The notes under the pieces are model-generated. The model was given only the letters and a program-made list of their open reading frames with translations, was not told the DNA's origin and made no database searches. A stretch of 64,000 nt of DNA from Candidatus Poribacteria bacterium (GTDB taxonomy: Bacteria > Poribacteria > WGA-4E > JAJDTR01): contig CBDCTK010000002.1 of the NCBI GenBank assembly GCA_965222225.1, positions 4,256,001 to 4,320,000 of the forward strand, in the 5' to 3' direction. Shown here one piece after another: positions 42,170 through 51,045 of the stretch (its first letter is position 1; every line of letters starts with the position of its first letter). A program made the translations under genes and the position numbers.

Positions 42170-42210
42170 AGGGATGGCTTTCAATTGAAACATTGAGCCA
42201 TCCCTTTTTT
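42170..42210 (+). terminator. Rho-independent terminator
   Basis: AGGGATGGCT/AGCCATCCCT stem followed by a T run. Confidence 0.75.
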
Positions 42211-42298
42211 CATGTCCTACTGTTATAGTCATTTGCATTTATATTTACACATACTTGCTGGCGATTTTATGATTGGAAGTTATTACGAAATGTTTTTT

Positions 42299-42424
42299 GT
42301 AGGAGCGATCGGGAGAAAGATCTCTATCGCCCTCCCTATCCGGTCGGTTGATCGCTCCGACAGAAGCCGCGTAATAAAGGGATTTCTATCGCAGTCGCTA
42401 TTCGCTCCCTTGATCGCCACTACG
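42299..42424 (+). repeat. Two tandem CTATCGC modules inside GTAG..CTAC REP-like ends
   Basis: GTAGGAGCGATC[..GATCTCTATCGC..]GATCGCTCC, then GGGATTTCTATCGCAGTCGCTATTCGCTCCCTTGATCGCCACTAC. Confidence 0.72.
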
Positions 42425-42681
42425 AACCGAACCAAGTTGATCCCACGTGTGTAATTCTTAATTGTGTGATGACTATAAGATCGCAAGTTGCGTTTTTCCT
42501 GTTTTCTCGTAGTATCTGAAAACACTGTGTGCCTCGTTCGTTTTAGATTGGCAGATTTGGTATACCGAATTTGCGTGTACGATTATCTTGAGTGTCTCAA
42601 CTCACCTGTTAATAGATGCAGTAAAGCAACAGCCGGACATACAGTTGCCTCACCGTTACGAAAGGCTCAAGGACTAATCAC

Positions 42682-43491
42682 ATGAAAACGAAACTCTTGT
42701 CTATCTGCGTTAGTTTTCTTGGAATTGGTGCACTGTTCGCATTCGACATTTCAGCGCAATTAAGAGTTGAAGACACCGTCGGAATCTGGCTTCTTGACGA
42801 AGGTCGAGGTAAGAACGCCAAGGAGATGGCAGGAAAGGGCCTTGATGGAGAATTGATTAATGGTCCCCAGTGGGTTAATGGGAAGTTCGGTAAAGCGATT
42901 CGCTTTGATGGAGTGTCGCAGTACGTAGAGGTCAATGACCCGCTAAACGTGGGAAGGCTCGGGACGAGTCATAGTATCTCGGTCTGGGTAAATCCGAGCG
43001 CCACGCAGAATGCTCATGCGGACATGCTTGGCAATCACGGTAAACCCGGCGGATATGAGATTGAACAACGGGGCGGCGAGAACAACAACTTCTACTTTGG
43101 CATGAAAATTAATGACACATGGCAAGGAGGACCATGGGCGGATCGTCCCTCAACCAAGCTGGCTGACGGGAAGTGGAACCATTTTGTTGTCATTCGCGAT
43201 ACCGTTACTGTCAAACACTACTTGAATGGGAAGAAAACCGTCGAGTATAAAATCTCCGACGACCCAGTTGACGACAGCCAGGGAAATTTTCTCTTTGGCC
43301 ATAGCGCCTGCTGCGCAGGTCGCAATTTTAAGGGACTTCTAGACGAGGTAGTCATATTCAAGAAAGCAATAGGCACAGACGAAATTCACGCGCTTTCCAA
43401 AGGTGTGGAGGCGGCGATGCATGTCGAATCAACAGGCAAACTCACAACAACGTGGGGCACACTGAAGTCCTACTACGATGCGACACCGTAA
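42682..43491 (+). CDS. Secreted LamG-like protein (tandem paralog of 41303)
   Basis: Same architecture; tail GKLTTTWGTLK. Confidence 0.85.
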   Translation: MKTKLLSICVSFLGIGALFAFDISAQLRVEDTVGIWLLDEGRGKNAKEMAGKGLDGELINGPQWVNGKFGKAIRFDGVSQYVEVNDPLNVGRLGTSHSISVWVNPSATQNAHADMLGNHGKPGGYEIEQRGGENNNFYFGMKINDTWQGGPWADRPSTKLADGKWNHFVVIRDTVTVKHYLNGKKTVEYKISDDPVDDSQGNFLFGHSACCAGRNFKGLLDEVVIFKKAIGTDEIHALSKGVEAAMHVESTGKLTTTWGTLKSYYDATP

Positions 43492-43517
43492 GAACTGCAC
43501 CTGTGCGAATCCTCCGC

Positions 43518-43542
43518 GTAGGGTGCGCACCGAGCACCAGCC
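43518..43542 (+). repeat. REP-like family A variant
   Basis: GTAGGGTGCGCACCGAGCACCAGCC between convergent genes. Confidence 0.65.
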
Positions 43543-43640
43543 TTTTAGTATTCGAGATTCCGAAGTGTTTACATGAGGGGTACGGGGAATTGATGTCGGC
43601 TGGTTTTTTTATGGACAACCCTATACCTCTGAACGCAACC

Positions 43641-44462
43641 TTAATTTCCTGCCTTAATTTCTCCCCAAGTAACTGCCGCTTTCCCCGACGCCTCGACTGC
43701 AAAAAATCGCTTCAGGGATCCCCGCATCGCACGCTTGATTTCGGCATCTGTCAAAGCGGTGCTGAAGAAGGCGACCTCATCGATAATTCCCTTGAACCAC
43801 TGTTGAACACCGCCGCCGACCCAATTTCTCCCGCCAATCTTCAGCCCTGTCTCATTCGCATCCACTTTAGGCACGAGATCGATTTCCTCCGCAACCTTTC
43901 CATCCACGTAGAGCAAGCGTTTATTGGATTTCCTATCATCCTGCACCCCGACCACATGGTACCACTTGTTCGGCTTGATTTCGGGTCCGTTTGCGGTGGC
44001 GTTTTCGGCTCTTGATTGAAAAGCAAGTTGGTTCTTGTTGGTCAATGAGAGCCGATAAGTCGGTGTGTTGTCCCAGTCGAGCCCCCCCTCCTTGAAATAG
44101 CTCTTGTCAATAATCGAGTAGAACTCTTTGTCGATAACCTTCGGAAATATCCATGCCATGATTGTAAAACTTCCTTTGTCGCCGATATCCAAGGAGAGGC
44201 TATCGTGGTCCGCAACCTCGACGTGCCCCTTGAATCCCGTAAATTCCAGCGCGCCGGCAAACTTCCCCTCTTTCACCCATTTGACGCCCTTTCCCACCAA
44301 GGTCGTCTTGTGCCCATTCAGACTTAGATCTCTCGTGTTCGTGCCCAGACCCTCGTCAAAGGGAAGATAAAGAACGAGTGACTCCTCCTGTATTGCGTCT
44401 ACGCTCCAGACAAACAGAACGGCAGAGCAAGCAACCATTATGCCCAGAATTAATGTTTTCAT
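43641..44462 (-). CDS. Secreted LamG-like protein
   Basis: Signal peptide; LVLYLPFDEG, GKFAGALEF, WYHVVG, GIIDEVAFF; tail GKAAVTWGEIK; RBS AGGAGG. Confidence 0.85.
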   Translation of the reverse strand: MKTLILGIMVACSAVLFVWSVDAIQEESLVLYLPFDEGLGTNTRDLSLNGHKTTLVGKGVKWVKEGKFAGALEFTGFKGHVEVADHDSLSLDIGDKGSFTIMAWIFPKVIDKEFYSIIDKSYFKEGGLDWDNTPTYRLSLTNKNQLAFQSRAENATANGPEIKPNKWYHVVGVQDDRKSNKRLLYVDGKVAEEIDLVPKVDANETGLKIGGRNWVGGGVQQWFKGIIDEVAFFSTALTDAEIKRAMRGSLKRFFAVEASGKAAVTWGEIKAGN

Positions 44463-44577
44463 AAGCTGATCCTCCTGTGTCAACGTGAATACCCAAAAAC
44501 GGCTATTTCATTCTAACACGTTTTGCGTCTCAGATCAACAAAAACCGTTGGCTAGATCGTATTCATGAAAAGGGCAT

Positions 44578-44926
44578 CTAGGCGCCGTTGACATTTCGTC
44601 GTCACCTGATGATCGAAGGAGGCAAAAGTAAGTTTGCTCAGATGAGCAAATTGGCCAAAGCAACCGAGTTTGTGGTAAGTCAGGGCGGGCAGGAAGATCC
44701 CTATCGCATTCGCTATTCGCTCATTTGATCCCCGCCCCTACGGGTTCTGTTTCTGCTTTGCACGTGTTTTGACATGTGGACACAGCTTTACTCGTTTGAG
44801 GAACGACCGAAAAACAAGTCCCCTGGTTAGACATGCACCGGCAACCGTAGGGGTTGGGTCTCCCAACCCTTTGGATGCCTCCGTCGAATTACGCATGCGC
44901 CTAACACAAATGTCAACAGAACCTAG
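44578..44926. mobile_element. MITE-like cassette with CTAGG....GTTGACATTT termini enclosing REP repeats
   Basis: CTAGGCGCCGTTGACATTT (44578-44596) vs AAATGTCAACAGAACCTAG (44908-44926), 16/19 match, CTAG at both ends; contains module 44682-44741 and GTAGGGGTTGGGTCTCCCAACCC at 44847. Confidence 0.62.
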
Positions 44927-45070
44927 TAATCATCCTTTAGGCGTGCCTCGGATTAACACCTTTTCTCGTGCCAGCTACGTATCAGTATCTGAATATGTCA
45001 CCGAAAATCACTGAACCCTTACCGCTGCCCTGTGCCTCCATAATTCTTTGAACAGAAAGTCATGCCTTTA

Positions 45071-45079
45071 TGATATAAT
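45071..45079 (+). promoter_or_regulatory. Extended -10 promoter element
   Basis: TGATATAAT ~60 bp upstream of ATG 45142. Confidence 0.5.
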
Positions 45080-45141
45080 CGGGGGGAGTGAGGCCGTCCC
45101 TCACCCACCTAACCGATGAATCAAAAGGGAAAGCATTCGGT

Positions 45142-47067
45142 ATGGCCGTCGAGGCAGCAAACCAAAGGATAAACGTCACATGGCGATCGGTCATTATAGG
45201 TCTCCTCCTCATCCCACTGAATGCCGTCTGGATTATGCAGATGGAAGCGGTCTACTACTCCGCGCACTCGACGCTAATCGCTCTTTTCTTCAACGTCGTG
45301 TGTAATATCCTAATCCTAATATTGCTGAACATCCCGTTACGAAAGCTATCTCCGAGCTTGGCTTTCAACCAAGGGGAACTTCTCACTATCTATATGATGC
45401 TGAGTTTGTCCTCCGCTCTCGTTGGTCACAGTATGTTACAAGTTCTGCCGCCGACGATGGCGGCCCCCTTGGCTTTAGCCACGCCGGAGAATGACTGGCA
45501 CGACTTGTTTTGGCGACACATCCCACAATGGCTTGCTATCAGCGACGAGCGAGCGCTTGATGGATATGTCAGAGGCGTGAAGAAGGGGGAGCCAACACTT
45601 TATTTGCCGCGAAATATTGAAGCGTGGCTTATGCCGGTTCTCGCATGGTCTGTGTTCGTTGTTGTGCTCATGTTTGTCATGCTTTGTATAAACATCATCA
45701 TCCGCAAGCAGTGGACGGATAGAGAGAAGCTCACATATCCGATTGCCCAACTGCCATTTGAGATGACGAAGTCGGGGACTGGGTTGTTTAGCAGCAAACT
45801 GTTTTGGCTCAGTTTTTCCATTGTCGGACTCATCGGAATCGTCAATGGATTGAGTTTTTTCTTTCCCAACGTCCCCTTTCTCCGTAACACGCCGCCGCTT
45901 GACCTAGCTGTCTACTTTACCACTAAACCTTGGAACGCATTGGGCAAAACTGCACTTCTGATTAGGCCTTTCATCTTGGGACTAGTTTTTCTCATCCCCC
46001 TTGACATCGCTTTTTCCTGTTGGTTCTTCTTCTTTTTTTGGAAGGCTCAGTTGATTTCAGCGAGCGCTTTGGGCTGGAGGGAACGTCCGGAGTTTCCCGA
46101 ACAGAGCATGGGCGCATACATCGCGCTCTCTGCTATCGCATTGTGGACGGGCAGACGCCACCTGATACGCTTCTTCAAATCTGCGTGGAATGCAGATCTT
46201 CGGACTGGTGTCAATGACAACTTGACCGAGCCGCTACGATACCGTACGGCGGTGATTGGACTCGTCTTAGGCTTCGCCTTCCTCGTTATTTTCTGCTGGT
46301 ATGCGGAGATGTCGATGTGGGCGGCGGTTGTCTTCTTCGCACTATTCTTGATGACCGAAATAGGGATTACGCGAATTCGCGCCGAGGTCGGGTCGCCTAT
46401 CCACGACCTTCACTTCGCAGGGCCAGAATATCTGATGGTAGACGCTGTTGGAACACGCAAATTAGGTTCAAGCAGTTTGACCGTGATGTCCTTTTTCTGG
46501 TTCTTGACACGTGCGCACTACAGTGACGTCATGCCACACCAACTTGAAGGCTTCAAGCTGGCAGATCGTGCACGCATGAATCAGCGTAGTGTTCTCATCG
46601 CCATGCTCGTTGCAACAATCTTTGGTACATTTGTCGCTTTCTGGGCAATCCTTGACGCTTCGTACAGATTTGGAAGCGCGTGGAGCGGAAGCGAGCCGTT
46701 CCTACGCTTGAGTGGCTGGCTCACCTACTCAAAATCGACAGACCTCGCCGGGGTCGGCTTCTTTGCCTATGGTCTGTTAATCGGACTCTTTCTTATGGTC
46801 ATGCGACTTCGATTCATTTGGTGGCCCTTTCATCCCGCCGGCTATGCCGTGTCTAGCACCTACGGAATGCGCGGTTTATGGTCAATGTTCTTTCTCGCCT
46901 GGCTTGTCAAACTGCTAGTTCTAAAACACGGTGGACTAAAACTGCATCGTCGAATTCTACCACTGTTCTACGGTATGATTCTTGGCGATTTCGTCGTAGG
47001 CGGATTCTGGGCGCTTTTCGGCGTGGTATTCCAAACTCCGACCTATAATTTTTTAAAGTGGTGGTAG
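45142..47067 (+). CDS. Polytopic membrane protein of unknown function (DUF6785/DUF6784-like), paralog of 31713
   Basis: ATPENDW, RKQW..EKLTYP, TRIRAEVG, MPHQLEGFKL, WWPFHPAGY. Confidence 0.7.
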   Translation: MAVEAANQRINVTWRSVIIGLLLIPLNAVWIMQMEAVYYSAHSTLIALFFNVVCNILILILLNIPLRKLSPSLAFNQGELLTIYMMLSLSSALVGHSMLQVLPPTMAAPLALATPENDWHDLFWRHIPQWLAISDERALDGYVRGVKKGEPTLYLPRNIEAWLMPVLAWSVFVVVLMFVMLCINIIIRKQWTDREKLTYPIAQLPFEMTKSGTGLFSSKLFWLSFSIVGLIGIVNGLSFFFPNVPFLRNTPPLDLAVYFTTKPWNALGKTALLIRPFILGLVFLIPLDIAFSCWFFFFFWKAQLISASALGWRERPEFPEQSMGAYIALSAIALWTGRRHLIRFFKSAWNADLRTGVNDNLTEPLRYRTAVIGLVLGFAFLVIFCWYAEMSMWAAVVFFALFLMTEIGITRIRAEVGSPIHDLHFAGPEYLMVDAVGTRKLGSSSLTVMSFFWFLTRAHYSDVMPHQLEGFKLADRARMNQRSVLIAMLVATIFGTFVAFWAILDASYRFGSAWSGSEPFLRLSGWLTYSKSTDLAGVGFFAYGLLIGLFLMVMRLRFIWWPFHPAGYAVSSTYGMRGLWSMFFLAWLVKLLVLKHGGLKLHRRILPLFYGMILGDFVVGGFWALFGVVFQTPTYNFLKWW

Positions 47068-47076
47068 CAATCTTTC

Positions 47077-47085
47077 TGTTATAAT
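47077..47085 (+). promoter_or_regulatory. Extended -10 promoter element
   Basis: TGTTATAAT ~45 bp upstream of the cupin gene. Confidence 0.5.
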
Positions 47086-47130
47086 GACATGAACTTAATC
47101 CTCTACCTACTCAAGACAAGGAGATAGATT

Positions 47131-47550
47131 ATGGCAAAAATCGAAATGTACAAAGGTTATGACACGGAACCACCATTTCCCAAACCGGAAGAGAAAGTGC
47201 TGCCGAATATCGTCACCGTCCAAGATGGAATGCCCGTGAAATACCGAAACTGCGAAGGCATCGGCGTACGGATTCTCCATCCCAGCAATCCAAAAGCGCC
47301 CGCTAAGAACATGAGTCTCGTGATGTTTTATGTTCCGCCCCATGTCGAGTTAGAACCGGGCACGGGGCACCACACAGAGGAATGTTACGTCATCCTGAGA
47401 GGCAAAGGAACAATGACGCTGGCAGATAAAAAAGTAGAGGTAGAAGCCGGTACGTTTATCCACCTGCCACCATGGTGCGAGCACGGTATTGAGAACACCG
47501 GCGACGAGACGTTGGAGATATTGATCTGTACCTCACCGCCAAACCCCTAG
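47131..47550 (+). CDS. Cupin-domain protein
   Basis: HHTEECYVILRGKG..G.FIHLP..EHGIEN.G cupin motifs; RBS AGGAG. Confidence 0.85.
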   Translation: MAKIEMYKGYDTEPPFPKPEEKVLPNIVTVQDGMPVKYRNCEGIGVRILHPSNPKAPAKNMSLVMFYVPPHVELEPGTGHHTEECYVILRGKGTMTLADKKVEVEAGTFIHLPPWCEHGIENTGDETLEILICTSPPNP

Positions 47551-47795
47551 TCCTTTGAATGTGGCTAGTCAGCGTAACCGTGAATTTGATTCATGAAAAG
47601 CCTAATTCAGACTCCGTCGTGATTTGAAAATTGGTGAAACCTTGTTACACGCCCGATCTCGACTAACAAACCCAGAATGCTCCCGGCTGAGCTATGCCGA
47701 AATCCTGGGAGTTTCGTTTGACCCACTCACCGATGCTTAGGGGTGATTTTAATCACATCACAAGGTTTGGATATTCACGAAGAAAAATACCTACT

Positions 47796-49595
47796 ATGGA
47801 TAAAACTCTTACTGCTTTGATTGTATTCCTGGCAATAGGGTTAACTGCATGTGGCATCTGTCGGCTCGCACATGCAGACGAAGATCCGGACGGAAACGAA
47901 GTCATTGTGACACAATATGAGTGGGGCAACGTCCAATATCATATCTCGCTCGCCGACCTAAAGTCCGCCATAAGGAAACTGCCGAGAAATCGTCGTGACA
48001 AACTTGAATCTAAAAAGAACGTGGTGGAATATCTTGAGGAACTTACGGATGAAAAACTAAAAGTCCGGGACGCCATCGGCAGAAACTTGGATACGGATTC
48101 ATCTCTGCTAAAATCGGTAGAGGAATATCAACAGCAGCGGATGGTGCGACGCTTAATAGAGATCGAAGTCGATGAGAAAATGGCTTATACCGAGGCAGAA
48201 CTCAAGGCGTACTACAATGCGCACAAAGAGGATTACTTGGCGAAAGCCGAGTCGCACGCCACCTGTATTAGTCTCACCAATAGTCGCCGAGCTCAAGAGG
48301 TACTAGATGACATAAAAAACGGAAAAGATATCGCGGAATTGGCGATAGAACTTTCAAGAAAGGGGGAGCTGAGGGGCCCCGGTGATACCGAATCCGACCC
48401 GGGCAAAACACGACTTTTTGCCCAAACCGAATATCCACGCTGGAAAAAGTTTGCAGACGCCGTGTTCGCGCTGGATATCGGCGAAATGACTGAGGAAGTT
48501 TTTGAAAGCGAAGTCAGCAATGTGACCTATTACATGATTTTCCGAAAAGACGCTAATATACCCGAACGGCAAAAGCTCTACGATGAAGTGAAGGATGACG
48601 TTGAGCGGAAAGTCCAAGACCAGAAGAAACGTCTAGGCTTTGCGCAGTGGATGAGTGCGGTACGCGAGGATGCCAAATTCGTCATTTATTCAGATCGCCT
48701 TCCTGCTCCGTCAGCCATATACGGCGTCCAATCGGGCGAGAGAGAAATCCGATGTGACGAAACCGATACGGCGATAATTGCCGAATTTGAGTGCGGAGGC
48801 AAACAGATAATCACGCTCGCGGAGGTACAAAATGAACTTAACGGTCTCCCTAAATTTGCGAGAAAGAAATATGAGGATAAGGCAGGAATTGAGGAATACA
48901 TTAATCTCATGGCTGAGAGTCGCTTAATGTTGTGCCTTGGCAAGGAACGAAAGATTGATGAAGAGGCAAATATTATTGAGGAAGTGAGAGACCATCAACA
49001 CAAAATACTAATTGACAAAGCCACAGAATTGGAAGTCGATCAGAATCTCCAACTCACCGAGGAAGACTACCGGCGCTACTACGAGAAACACAAGGCAGAC
49101 TATTTTCAACCAGAGAAAGTACGTCTCACATGCATAACACTCCGGAGCAAGGAGTTGGCAGAACAGGTCTTCCCACGAATTCGGGATGGCGAAGAAATAA
49201 GCGAGATTGCCATAGAACTGTCTGACAGAGGGGAACTGGCGGTGGGACCGGGGTCGAACCCCAAAAAACCGGGTGATACGGGTTTCTTCACACACGCATC
49301 ATATATTGAGCGGGCAAAAGCTTTCGCCGATGCCGCCTTTGCGATTGAAGTCGATGAAATGGTAAAGGCGGTTTTCCCGATCGAAGTTGAGGGAGAGCAG
49401 TATTACCTAATCTTTCGGAAGGAAGAATATCGTGAGGCGCGCCAACCAGAATTTGAAGAAGATAGGATACGCCGGCGCGTGGAAAAAGACGCTGAACGCC
49501 AAGAACGTCAAAGCCTTACCGACAAGTGGTTATCTCGGCTGCGCGAACGAGCGCTCGTTAAAACCTTTCCAGACCGAATACCCGAATCATTGTAG
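47796..49595 (+). CDS. PrsA/SurA-like foldase with two parvulin (PpiC) modules
   Basis: Signal peptide; two copies of ITL..V..LP..E.K.YY..HK.DY..CI.L..A..V..I..G..I.E.AIELS..PG.T.F..FADA.F. Confidence 0.75.
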   Translation: MDKTLTALIVFLAIGLTACGICRLAHADEDPDGNEVIVTQYEWGNVQYHISLADLKSAIRKLPRNRRDKLESKKNVVEYLEELTDEKLKVRDAIGRNLDTDSSLLKSVEEYQQQRMVRRLIEIEVDEKMAYTEAELKAYYNAHKEDYLAKAESHATCISLTNSRRAQEVLDDIKNGKDIAELAIELSRKGELRGPGDTESDPGKTRLFAQTEYPRWKKFADAVFALDIGEMTEEVFESEVSNVTYYMIFRKDANIPERQKLYDEVKDDVERKVQDQKKRLGFAQWMSAVREDAKFVIYSDRLPAPSAIYGVQSGEREIRCDETDTAIIAEFECGGKQIITLAEVQNELNGLPKFARKKYEDKAGIEEYINLMAESRLMLCLGKERKIDEEANIIEEVRDHQHKILIDKATELEVDQNLQLTEEDYRRYYEKHKADYFQPEKVRLTCITLRSKELAEQVFPRIRDGEEISEIAIELSDRGELAVGPGSNPKKPGDTGFFTHASYIERAKAFADAAFAIEVDEMVKAVFPIEVEGEQYYLIFRKEEYREARQPEFEEDRIRRRVEKDAERQERQSLTDKWLSRLRERALVKTFPDRIPESL

Positions 49596-49685
49596 GGTGC
49601 GCACTGCGATTAAGCAAACGCATAGTGCGCGATCAAGTGAATGCACAATGACCGCGATAGAACTCCCATAGAATCCCAACCAGCC
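49592..49685 (+). repeat. REP family A copy interrupted by a CTATCGC module
   Basis: GTAGGGTGCGCACTGC + GATTAAGC..GATCAAG..GCGATAG..GAAT + CCCAACCAGCC. Confidence 0.65.
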
Positions 49686-49788
49686 TTCTTGGATTCGGAG
49701 AATCTCATGTATGAAGACTGATAGCGGCAGATGGGGATGTAGGCTAGGACTATAAACCTCAACAAGGTCTCTCGCCCCAGCCACATAA

Positions 49789-51033
49789 TCATCCAATCAA
49801 TGACAGTACAGGTTCTGCCAAAAGCTGACAGACCCTTTCCAAGAACCGCGCCGCCGGGACACCGTCCATTACGCGATGATCGAACGTTAGGCTCAACGAC
49901 ATCATCTCGCCGGTGACAACCTCGTCGCCCACAACAATCGGTTCGCGGACAATACGGCCAACACCCAAGATTGCGGATTGCGGTAAGTTAATGATCGGAG
50001 TAAACGAATCAACACCGTAACCCCCCAGATTGGTTATCGTAAAGACGCCGTTCTGCAATTGATTGGCTTTCAACTCGCCTCTTCGCGCGGCTTCAACTAT
50101 TTGCCGCGATTCCCCGGCAATTTTCGATAAACTCTTTTCCAGAACATCGAAAATGACCGGTGCAAGTAAGCCACTCTCCGTGTCAACGGCGAAGGCGATA
50201 TTGATATTCTCGGGAATGAATATACCGTCGTTGCGCCATTGTCCCGTAATCATCGGGTGCTCACCTACGGCAATTGCCACGAGTTTCAGAACCATATCTG
50301 TGTAGGTTGGAGAGGATTCGTACTGATTTGAGTCTTTGAATCTATCGCGCAGTGCCACCAAGCCGGATGCATCCACTTTTGTCGTAATGGTTACTGGGGC
50401 TGCCTCGTTCACACCGGCGACCATTCGCTCGGCAATCGTTTGCCGTATTCGCGTAATCGGGACTGTCTTTCCTCGCACTGCTGTAGGCGGAACTTCTACT
50501 GGCGCCGGCGCCTTCGAATCGAGAGCGGCTGACCTGATGTCCTCTTCTCGAATGCGCCCTCCAGCACCGCTTCCACGGAGACCCGACCAATCAACTCCAA
50601 GTTCGCGCGCCACACGACGTGCGCGGGGAGTAATCGCAGTTCTCTTGGGGGACGGGCTAGCCGGTTCAGCCAGCTTAGTTTTTGGCACGGAGGGAGGTGT
50701 TGCGGACTGAGCTACCGGTTCCTCCTGACGAGGCGGTTCGGGGGCTTTCGGCTTGGCGACTCCTTCCAACTCAAACGGAGGGGTTTCACCCTCCTCCACC
50801 AAGTAGGCAAGCAACTGGCTCACCACAACCTCGTCACCGGGTTGCGGTGCATCGGGTGGTATTCGCAGAATCCCTGCATCAAATGATTCAATTTCTTGCG
50901 ACGCCTTTTCGCCTTCGAGGACAAATACCATCTCACCCGCTTCAACTTTCTCGCCATCCTGTTTTAGCCACTCTACAAACGTACCTTCGTCCATAGACCA
51001 ACCAAGACGTGGTACAACAATCTCAATTGCCAT
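49789..51033 (-). CDS. 2-oxoacid/acetoin dehydrogenase E2 (dihydrolipoamide acyltransferase)
   Basis: Lipoyl domain (EGEKA), E3-binding TPRARRVA..GSG.GGRI, catalytic TFDHRVMDG. Confidence 0.92.
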   Translation of the reverse strand: MAIEIVVPRLGWSMDEGTFVEWLKQDGEKVEAGEMVFVLEGEKASQEIESFDAGILRIPPDAPQPGDEVVVSQLLAYLVEEGETPPFELEGVAKPKAPEPPRQEEPVAQSATPPSVPKTKLAEPASPSPKRTAITPRARRVARELGVDWSGLRGSGAGGRIREEDIRSAALDSKAPAPVEVPPTAVRGKTVPITRIRQTIAERMVAGVNEAAPVTITTKVDASGLVALRDRFKDSNQYESSPTYTDMVLKLVAIAVGEHPMITGQWRNDGIFIPENINIAFAVDTESGLLAPVIFDVLEKSLSKIAGESRQIVEAARRGELKANQLQNGVFTITNLGGYGVDSFTPIINLPQSAILGVGRIVREPIVVGDEVVTGEMMSLSLTFDHRVMDGVPAARFLERVCQLLAEPVLSLIG

Positions 51034-51045
51034 CAATTCACCTCA

